The notes beneath the pieces are model-generated. The model had not been told where the DNA came from. It worked only from the letters and a program-made list of their open reading frames with translations, and ran no database searches. The position numbers and the translations under genes were made by a program. From the NCBI GenBank assembly GCA_021613535.1, contig CP075493.1, positions 4,030,001-4,094,000 of the forward strand: 64,000 nucleotides of DNA. The letters are read 5' to 3'. This stretch comes from Adineta vaga. Its lineage: Eukaryota; Animalia; Rotifera. Position 1 is the stretch's first letter; each line of letters opens with the position of its first letter. Shown in pieces: positions 37,385-47,470 of this stretch.

Positions 37385-38826
37385 CTAATATTGTTCAGTA
37401 TCCGTTGTTGTTGGTAATGATAGATTGAAACGATTATCATCAACGGGTGCTATAGTTGTCGGTGGTTGCATATATAAAAACGATTTTGTATCAAAATCTG
37501 GATTGCTATTCAATGGATAGTTGAATGATGGCATGAATGAATAATGAGGAACTGCTGATGCCGATGATGGTGATGTTCCATATGGAAAATAATAAGATGA
37601 AGGTGAAGGATAATATGAATTGGAATAATAAGGCGCTGTTTCGGAAAATAAAGTTGTTGTTGATGAACATGGTGTATTCGTCGATGGAATGGGAGCATAA
37701 TATGTTGATGGATCAAATGGAGACGTTGATGAGGATGGATATGGTGAAACTAAAATAAAAGATGTTTCTAGAAGAATAGAATCTACAGAATATTCAACTT
37801 ACCATTCGTTGGTGATGATTTTCGTTGTGATTGTGAGTAGCTATATGGTGATGACCGATAAGGTTCAAGTTTAAGTCGATCTGGACCACCGGATGATGAA
37901 GCTTGTGAATGAAATGTCAAACCATTGTTCGCTTGTTCTTCTCCTATTTCTCTACAAATCCCACAGAAATATGATTTTATTCTCTTTCCGCATGACTTAA
38001 GACTTACCGTTTTACAGTAGATGTTTCTAAAAACGCTTTTGCAAATGGATTGTATCGAATTTTCAATGACTTCACCTATAATTAAAATGATAATATACAA
38101 AATAAATCATAGATTTCAAAGCATACGTCTTCATTTTGATATGCTGTAACAGCAATAAACTCTGTAATATCAAAACTTGTTTCGTAGATTTTCTCTTTTG
38201 ATAGGACATCAATGATTGAAATTCGTGGTCTATATTTATGTAGCGAATTGAGAAGAACCTAAAATGATATTTTCAAAATAGATGAATTTCTTTTCTATAA
38301 TTTCATTTTTCTCGACTTACACCCGTGTTTTCGATTTTATTCGTTAATTTCACTTTAGGAAATGATATTGCATCTCTCATCCATGTTCGACCATAATTTG
38401 GTGAATCAGGATGTTGATAAGCTGGACGATTAATCACTGGTTCAGGTTTCATTCCTGGTTGCCACTGACAGCTAACAAAACGCCATCGATGTGAATCAAT
38501 TTGATCGAATGATAACTCAACGGTATACATTTTCTCTGGATCTAAACCTCGAATACTCGTAGAAATAATTGGAAACATACGGCGACCCGCTTTTGTTACA
38601 CTAAAAACATGTAAAATTAGAATTCAAATTCATTTCAAATTCAAATCTATTTTACATCATTTCATTGATTAATTCATGAAATTGACTCCAAAGATCACGA
38701 TTTTGTAAAGTCACTTGAATGTTTTCTTCATTATAACCATGAACTCGTTCTTGTTCGTACTAGAATACAAAATGTGTGAATATTGAAAGTAAAATCTAAT
38801 CAACTTACCTGTCCAAAATACTGCAT
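37385..38826 (-). CDS. T: Brachyury-like T-box transcription factor, multi-exon
   Basis: NEMIVTKAGRRMFP, RWRFV...KPEP, HPDSPNYG, KVKLTNK, LNSLHKY.PR, FIAVTAYQN, LKIRYNPFAKAFL; KPEP and NPFAKAFL are Brachyury-type; S/P/Y-rich C-terminus. Confidence 0.8.
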
Positions 38827-40051
38827 GTTTTTTTTTTGAGTCACACGAAAGTGAGAGATGAATATTGTTAATTCTGACAATTGTATGCGATATTTATCTC
38901 ACATTTTCTTTTGCACATGAACCAATCAGAATAATTCGTATGAACAGAGAGAGAGCGAGAGAAAAAAAGGAAACCAATTAGTAATTATTGTCTTTAAGAG
39001 AAAGAGAATGAATCGACTGATATTGTTTAATTTGTGTTGTCTATGCGATGAAATGAACAAGTATATAGAAAACGAATAGGAAATCAAACTCAAGTTTACA
39101 ACGAAGTATGTTAGATAAATTTTTCTTTTCGAAATGAAATGGATCTTAAAAATATTGTTTAGATCGATTTTACAAATCAGGTATTTTTTCACATTTCAAT
39201 AACTCGATCAACTCATCTAAAATTTAATTAATATGCATACATACAATCACTAATTTTTCTCTCATTTTACTCAATACAAACAGCATCCTTATCAATTATC
39301 GTTTCTTTTTCTAACACGACCAATTCCATCTACACATACACACGTGTATCATATACAGTGATCGATATTGTTATTCGTCACACATATTAATTGGTCTGCT
39401 ATTGATTTATGATCTTAATTGTAGGTCGAAAAGCAAGCTGAGATTTTTCTTCTTCTTCTTCTTCTTCTCTCGCTCTCTTTCATAAGTATATGTCAATTGG
39501 TCTACTATTTCGCATGATGAATTAGATTTCAATAAGAATGTGAAATTTATACTGAAATAAATTCACATTTATTATTATCATGTTCAGCAAGACATTGCGG
39601 CAGATCATAAATGTTCAAGGCTCAGTTGGAAAAATCTTCTTGTCTTATTGATTTTTCACATCACGGTAATTTTGAAGTTATGGAAACGCAATCTTCATAA
39701 GTCGTACATGGATGAGTAATCAATTCTTTTTGACTAGTCTTCTTTTACTATTAGTTTTGTTAGAGCAAATGAAAATAATCAAAGAAAGGATGATGTTCTA
39801 TTCATTGTTTTTGTAGTTTTATTCATTCGTGATCTATCACAAAGACTTTGAGAGATATCCGTTTATATAATTTCAAATTGTTTTGAATATTTTTTATTTG
39901 TTTATTTCTTCTTATTTATTTAATTTATTCTTGTTGCTATTCTCCTATGTGCTGTAAAAACAACAAGTATATGTAATGTACGTGTGTGTGCATGTTTGAT
40001 GTTGAATAAAAGAAAACAAAACGGAGAAGAAAGTAGATTAATGTTTATCGA

Positions 40052-41891
40052 TTATTTAGATTTTGTTGCAACAGTTGTTTTAGTTGATGTAGTGACTGTT
40101 GTTGTTTTCGTTGTACCTGCACTCTTTTGTGTCTTGGTTTGCTTAACCAAATTAACACCTGATAATCGTTTAGCTTTCACTGATGCATGAGAACGTTCTT
40201 TACGAGCTGCTGCCTAGAATACGAGAAGAAAAGAAGAAGTAGTGATGAAATAAAAAGAAAATCAATATATATATATATATATACTTTAGTTTCAGCTGTT
40301 GTACCAGTACGTCGTCCTTTAAGTTGACGTAAAAGTGTTTGACGTTTTTGTACTGTTGCATATGGATTAAGTCGAGCCATTAAACCAATATTTTTCAATG
40401 GATTCTTCTTGACTTTACGACGAGCTTGACGTTTTCTTAAAAAATTCAAAGCAAAGAAATTATAAATCGTATAAATAAGAATAAGTTTTACATACATTGG
40501 TGGACGAAGTACACTTTGGATTTCGAAAGCTTTGAGTAAACGTCCCAAATCACTATTTGTCATCATTGGTTGTGGAAGACTAAATGAACGTAATTGTTAG
40601 GTATATTTGCAATGCTCAAATGAATTACTAACTTGAAGTCAACCTTTTCTTGAGATTTTTTACTCCATGTACCATAAAGTGCATCGAGTTTTTTGAAGGC
40701 TGATTCAGTCCAGATAACAAATCGACCAACATGACCACCTGGTGCCAAACGAAGTAAATTCAATCGTTCAACACTTAATAGTGAAACACCTAGAAGAAAA
40801 GAAAAGAAAAGAAATGAGAAAAGATCAATTTATTCGTGATTTGTTTGTTCAAAATGAAGAAGAAATACTTTATTCAATATGAAAATATTTCCGAAGACAT
40901 AAACAATCTCTTAGATTTTATTATTCCTCTCAGTTTTTGAAGCAACATTTCATTTTAATACAGATGTCCTTCCAAGATAAGAGGATGTTCAATTCTTCGT
41001 ATTGTTTCCGTTTTTTATCTTACCTGGAATATTACGAAAAGCTTTCTTGACACCATTATCTTTATCATAGATGATAACTGGACCACGTTTCATTACTGTT
41101 CGTCGATTACGCATTTTGCCAACACCAGCACGTGTATGTTTTGATGCATAAACTTTAAGAATATCATTCCATGCACCAACTTTACGTAAAATACCAACGG
41201 CTTCTTTAGTTTTTTTAATATCTTGAATTTTATCCGATAAAACTAATGGAATTTCTGGTACTGTTTCAATGCTATGACCTAAATGAATGAGGAAAAAACC
41301 ACACGATTTTTAAACTTACAAAATTCGAAGATTTCTCAACTAACCTCGAGCTAAAACAAGTGATGGTACACCTGATGCTGCAAGAGCACTAACAAGGGCG
41401 TAACGTCGTTGTTTTAAATTAATTTTTCTATGCCATTTACGCCAAACTTTTAATGGTGCATACATTCGTCCACCACGACACATATTACCGAATGCACCTT
41501 GACCTGATCGATGTGTACCACCACCACGTACACGTGGAATACGAGCAACAGCACGACCAGTACCCCATGATTCTGCTGATGTTTGTTCACCTAAACAAAA
41601 CAGCAACGGTTAATATTCACCAAAGGAAAATCAAGATAAATCGTACCAGCTTTTGTACTAACAGCATGTGCTTGTCGTTTGTTACGTCTCATTTGATCAT
41701 GAACGAAATTGACAATATCAGTACGAATAGGTGCACGAAAAACTGCTGGCAATAAAACTGATTTTCCTGTTGATTGTCCCTTTTCATCATACACACTCAC
41801 AAGAGGTCGCGAAGCGGCCTAAATGAATACAAAAGATAGTTGACATTTATATTAATTAATAAGAAAAAGAAAAAGAAAATAGACGAACCAT
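40052..41891 (-). CDS. RPL4: 60S ribosomal protein L4, multi-exon
   Basis: [38 protein letters not shown] and [18 protein letters not shown]. Confidence 0.97.
40843..40987 (-). ncRNA. candidate H/ACA snoRNA in the RPL4 intron
   Basis: In a 233-nt intron (40791-41023): hairpin TCCTC...GAGGA with inner stem, ANANNA box ATAATA (40924-40919) 14 nt after the inner stem, second hairpin GAAATATTTT/AAAGTATTTC, then ACA (40848-40846). Confidence 0.4.
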
Positions 41892-42593
41892 TTCAGCGAG
41901 TCTTAGTTGATTTTAAGTTAAATTCAAAAGCAAATGGATATGGAAGCTTACTATTGACCCCCACCGAAAACTATGGATTTTCATGGGTAAATATTGGATT
42001 GTATTAAGGTTTGAATATCTATAGAATTGTTCAAAGAAATTCAATTTTTTGAATAGATAATTTATTTTTACAGTCCAATGTACTTAAAGATGATACAAGT
42101 GCATTAATAGGTCAAGTAAGTGAAAATTATATAGTATGGATGAGTCATAGATTTGACCAATCATGTAATGGAAGATTTCCTTGCTAACTACTACAATGTA
42201 TATATGCATATGAAGCTTCAATGTACTATTTTCGGGTGAATACTGAAGAATCGATATTTTGAGATCCATATCTCCAATGAAATATATTTAAATTGTACAA
42301 AATCTAATTTAACTTAGAAATAATTGCCATAGAACCTATTTTCATTCTACCTTTAGCTATTATTATCAGTATAGTCTAATATTTTAAACTGATGTATAAG
42401 CTATATTAAGATAAAACAAGTCAACACATTTCACGACTAATTTATTACCCTAATACTAAACATTGAAAAAGGCAAAGTTGAAACAAATCTTGTTTTATCT
42501 CTTCAGATTTTTATATTATTATCTTTAAAAATATCTATATAAGTAAGTATAACTAACTAATTCTGATTTACATAGAAGAAAAATCTTATTTAG

Positions 42594-43760
42594 ATGCATC
42601 CAATACGTGGTACAGTTCAACCATATGCATGGGGTATGATTGGTTCATCTTCATTAGTTGCTCAACTTGCTTCAAAGTTCTCATCGATTGTTTCCACACA
42701 ACCCTATGCTGAATATTGGATGGGAACTCATCCAAAAGGCGAATCCTATTTACTTGATAATAATAATCAATCAAGTTTAAAATCTTATCTTAATCATGAT
42801 TTACCATTTTTATTTAAAGTTCTCAGTGTTGAAACTGCTCTAAGTATTCAAGCACATCCAAATAAAGAACATGCCAAATTATTACATCAACAAAATCCTA
42901 AAGAGTATCCTGATGATAATCATAAACCTGAAATGGCTATAGCATTGACAAAATTCGAATGTTTATGTGCATTTCGTCCTTATGAAGAAATCAATAAATT
43001 CATTCAAGCATATCAACAATTACAAGTTTTATGTGGGCAAAAGAATTGTGAAGAGTTTTCACAAAGTATTTCTTCACATGCTAATATTTCCATACAAGAA
43101 TCTTTATTAAAAAAACTTTATTCAAATTTAATGCAATCATCACCAACATTAATATCACAATGTGTTGATGAACATTTACAAGCAATTCAAATTGATACAA
43201 CAAATGAACTTTCACATCTTTTTCAGCGATTAAATAAACAATATTCCGGTGGTGATGTTGGTCTTTTTTCAATTTATTTCTTTAATTATATGACATTAAA
43301 TCCTGGTGAAGCAATACTTCTTAAAGCAAATATTCCTCATGCTTATTTACATGGAGAATGTATAGAATGTATGGCATGTTCCGACAATGTTGTACGTGCT
43401 GGTTTAACACCAAAATTTAAAGATATTCCAACATTAATCGATATGCTTGATTATCAACCATTAACAATTGAACAAACGAAATTTCCTGGAAAGAAAATAT
43501 CCGAGAATATTCTTGAATTTGATCCTCGACAAATTTCCTCTATTGATGATTTTATTGTTCAAGAAATTCAAGGTAAAACTGGTGTTATCAATGCAATTGA
43601 TCAACCAAGTTTAGTGATTATCGTTCAAGGACAAGGAGTTATGAATGAAGGAAAAATAAAATTTCAAGAAGCACAAGTTTTTCTTATCGATAAACAAACA
43701 TCGATCGATTTTCAATCGGACAGTAACTTTTTAGCTTATCGTGCTTATTCACCTCTCTAA
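42594..43760 (+). CDS. MPI: mannose-6-phosphate isomerase (type I PMI)
   Basis: YAWG, PYAEYWMGTHP, LPFLFKVLSV..ALSIQAHP, YPDDNHKPEMA, PHAYL.G...ECMACSDNVVRAGLTPK. Confidence 0.96.
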   Translation: MHPIRGTVQPYAWGMIGSSSLVAQLASKFSSIVSTQPYAEYWMGTHPKGESYLLDNNNQSSLKSYLNHDLPFLFKVLSVETALSIQAHPNKEHAKLLHQQNPKEYPDDNHKPEMAIALTKFECLCAFRPYEEINKFIQAYQQLQVLCGQKNCEEFSQSISSHANISIQESLLKKLYSNLMQSSPTLISQCVDEHLQAIQIDTTNELSHLFQRLNKQYSGGDVGLFSIYFFNYMTLNPGEAILLKANIPHAYLHGECIECMACSDNVVRAGLTPKFKDIPTLIDMLDYQPLTIEQTKFPGKKISENILEFDPRQISSIDDFIVQEIQGKTGVINAIDQPSLVIIVQGQGVMNEGKIKFQEAQVFLIDKQTSIDFQSDSNFLAYRAYSPL

Positions 43761-43843
43761 GAAAAAGAAGAAGAAAAAAACCCTACAATAATTTTCGAAC
43801 GATTCTTATCTCGAGATGATAGTTTAGATATTCCTATTTTCAG

Positions 43844-44847
43844 ATGTCTTTAACATTATTATTGATCTGTCGTCGATCGATAGGTCTAACAAGTTTTTCA
43901 CAAATACGATCATCATTGGTACGTTAATTGAGTCTTAGTTTCGTAAAACGAAGAGTTAATTGAACGTTTCATTTAGCTTCGTCCAGTTCATTGTTCTTCG
44001 AATATTCTTATTGCTAAATCATCAACATTGAAATCTAAATATGGTTCATTAAATCCTTCACCACAAAATCCATTTCGTGAACCGACTGACGAAAAATCTC
44101 GTCGTCTTCAATTACAAGCACATATTCGTTTTCGTGAAAGATATCAATTAGATAATGATTATGAATTAATCTTTGCTTTACCACGACAACGTCTATATAG
44201 TTTATTACATTTATTATGTACATGTGCAACAGTTTCGATGATAGTATTTGTTGTAATGCATCTACATCGAGATTTACTTGATATGGAATCATTTGAAGAT
44301 GAAATTCATCGCAATGTTCCACCATGGATTCTTTATGCAGTGGCCACAGTAATTGGTTCAGCTTTTGCATCTAGTAAAAAAAGCAGAAAGTTTCTTTTCA
44401 TCGTTCGTTTTCATTCATTTTTCATCTCTAGTTTTGATTCTTATTACACGAATACCTATTCGATTGTATTATTCATCTGTTCGTCAATCGTATGCTTTAT
44501 TTTATCATCCACTAATCGGTGTATTTCGTCAAAAGAAGATTTTATTTGCAGATCATCAATATAAAATAGTTTCACAGAAATTAGATAGTATTAATGGACC
44601 AGAACGAACAACTAAAATTCGTATTCAACTTGGTACAGGTTTATTCTCAACGAAATATAATTTTTATCTAATCGAAAATTATTTCCGTTCAAAACGTGAT
44701 ATTAATCGATTGAAAAATAAAAATATTGAACAAGATACTAAAACAAATGAGAATGAGAAGTATCAAAGTGAAGAAGAGAGTAATATTTGGCAAACAGTTG
44801 TCGAAAAAAAAGATCAACCACAACGATCAAGAACGTTTTTTAAATAG
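43844..44847 (+). CDS. putative mitochondrial inner-membrane protein (TMEM70/186/223-like), 3 exons
   Basis: Arg/Ser/Leu-rich transit-peptide-like N-terminus from ATG 43844, two TM segments followed by RIPIRLYY; short introns at ~43919-43976 and ~44373-44430. Confidence 0.5.
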
Positions 44848-45112
44848 AAAAAGAAATGTTTTTCTTTACTTTTGATGAAATAAAATTTAGTTCAATATCT
44901 TATCGATCTTTCATTGAAAACAATCGAGATTTATCCTATTGATCAAATACAATTATATCAGGAATTGATTAGATTTTATTTGTGTAAAAGGAAATGTTTT
45001 TAGATAGATGATCTGTGAAATATATTTATATTTATTAGAAGAAGAAGAAAGAATGAGAAAAATCTTCTGAATTGAATAAGACAGGAATTTCATGTACTTG
45101 AGTTTGTTATTT

Positions 45113-46156
45113 TTATTGAGATTGAATTGGAAATATTTGATTATTAACTACTAGTTGTGTTTTTCGGCATTGATTACGATATAAAAGAAATAGAACATAC
45201 AAAAATTGTCGACGAAATCGTTCAGATACACATACATAGATATAAAATGATATCTACAAAAAAAACCAACAAAGGCATAACAAATCTTAAGAAAATAGAT
45301 TATTTGAATCAATCATTCTTACTGCAAAGTATGTATAGAAAAGAATAGTTGCTATTGTGTATACAAATTGTATTCGTTGTAAAACAATTGCATCTATCAC
45401 TCTATTATTTGTTGCAGTCGAAACTGCAGTTAATGTAACAAATGGTATATTAGTAATGATATTGATTAGAACTTGTGTAAAAACCATTGTTGTCAATTGT
45501 TTCTCTGTTTCACGACGAACAAGTGGCATTGTTCGATAAGCTATTTGTTGAATATTTCGATAAGCTAAGATTCCAAATAAAACTGTTATAGTATCAGGTA
45601 AATAACCTGTGATACATAAAACAATAAAATAATATCTATAATTCGCGATATTATGATCAGGAGCAACACATGTAACTTTGCCTGTTATTGATGATATGAT
45701 CTGTTCTGTTGTGATAACATATAAAATCATATGTAGACTCCAAATAATTGTAAATAATACCATTAAATAGTGAGCTATTTTAATATTACTCCATTTTTGC
45801 CAACGTTGACGAGTTGACGTAGCAAAATATTGATCAATCATTGCTAAACATAGACATGTGTACGACATAAGAGAACAGAATACAAAAAGTGTCGATCGAA
45901 ATTTACAAAGTGTTACTGACATTGTACCCCAATCCATATCAAAACCAACCATCATAATACGGAAAAAAAGACCGAAGAGTAATTGACCAATATTTACAAA
46001 TGACATTATTGTTAAATAGAATGCACATGAACTTTCTCGAAATGTTCGAAGACTACAAAATACGATAATATTCAATATTTGACCGATAATACCCATGATG
46101 AGAGTAGGAAAACCTCCATAAATTGTTAGTTTTTGTCCAAGATATATTAGTGACAT
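45113..46156 (-). CDS. class A (rhodopsin-like) GPCR, 2 exons
   Basis: Seven TM, LCKFR, IDQY; intron in TM7 (~45254-45322), last exon ISFYIYVCVSERFRRQ...IQSQ*. Confidence 0.88.
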
Positions 46157-46756
46157 AACTAATAACTACAATGGATGTTTATTTAATACGTTAATATTTC
46201 AAATTCATAACATGTAACTCAATTTTGAAAAACATGAAAGATAAGAACATCGTTCATTTTGATAATTAAAACATTGTAATCATCTACCTTATATATTTAT
46301 AAGCAGATATTGAAGGATATCTGATCTCATTTCTGTATCAAATGTCTTTGTCAGATTAAGAATATCGTATGATCTGAAAGTTTCCTGTTATATCAGGATT
46401 AAGGCAATTTATCATAGTTCTTTTTTTTCCAAAGATAAACTATGATGCACTCATTAGTTTCTCTCTCTCTCGAAGAAGAAGAAGAATAATTAATAAACTT
46501 CAAACAAATTTATCCGATAGTTTCAACTAAATATATCATAGTAGAAAAGAATTTTTCTCGTTCTTCGAACGATGTTTGTATTGATGAAGAATAGTTTTTC
46601 GTTCTTTCTTTCATCACTACTGTTTCTCGATTGTAGAGGAGCATTCGTTGTTAAGAAAACAAAATACACTTGATTATCTTCATATACATGCGTGATTAGA
46701 AAAAATGAATTTTATTGTGATGAATACAAAATTTTCAGTGATTAAAAAGATCAAAA

Positions 46757-46945
46757 TTAGTTCTGAGGTCGGTCTGTCATACTAGCTGTAACAAGACTAT
46801 CGGAAGGTGCTGTTTCATTTTGAGATGATGTAACACCACCAGCGGCTGGTGGACGAGATGATGATTGTTCAATCGCTGCTTCAACTAGTTCACTTGTTTT
46901 AGCAGGTTGACTAATTTTATGTTGTTCCATAGCTGATGAAGACAT
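46757..46945 (-). CDS. small Ser/Ala/Thr-rich hydrophilic protein (62 aa)
   Basis: GC-richer coding-like island, CAAAC-ATG context, TATAAAAA at 47035-47028 and AATAAA at 46716-46711. Confidence 0.55.
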   Translation of the reverse strand: MSSSAMEQHKISQPAKTSELVEAAIEQSSSRPPAAGGVTSSQNETAPSDSLVTASMTDRPQN

Positions 46946-47470
46946 GTTTGTTTGTTGGAAGTAAAAAATGTAAAAATTGGTGTGTTTGAGTAAAATAATA
47001 AAAAGAAAATTCTACGTCTGTTTGTTCTTTTTATAGACGAAGAAGAGAAAGCGAACTCTGTTTTTCTTTCTTCTCTATTGGCGATGAATAACCTTCATCA
47101 TTTCATATTATTCAAATAAAATGAATAATCTTTTTTCTAATAATTAATATACAAATCTAACTATCATAATAAAATCAAATATGTTATTTTCAAATGCAAT
47201 CATTGATATTTCATTACTTTCTTTATTTTACATAAAGCATATAGTAGATTTTTGTCCTTAAGACAGACTTTAAGTTTAATCCATCATCACACTTATTTCT
47301 TTCTTTTTTTTTATTGGAAATCAGTTCATGATCAAGTGTTCTTTCTTTGATTCACTTGTTAATCTTCACAGATGATATATTCAAATTTATCGAACTTAAA
47401 TATCATTTGTCTATGATTGAATGCAAAAAGATATTGTGTAAATCACTTAAGAGAACAGTTGGACTATTGA

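Noticed and set aside
39536-39570. Short hairpin AATGTGAA...TTCACATT upstream of the T-box gene
   Set aside because: Too short and AT-rich to distinguish from chance
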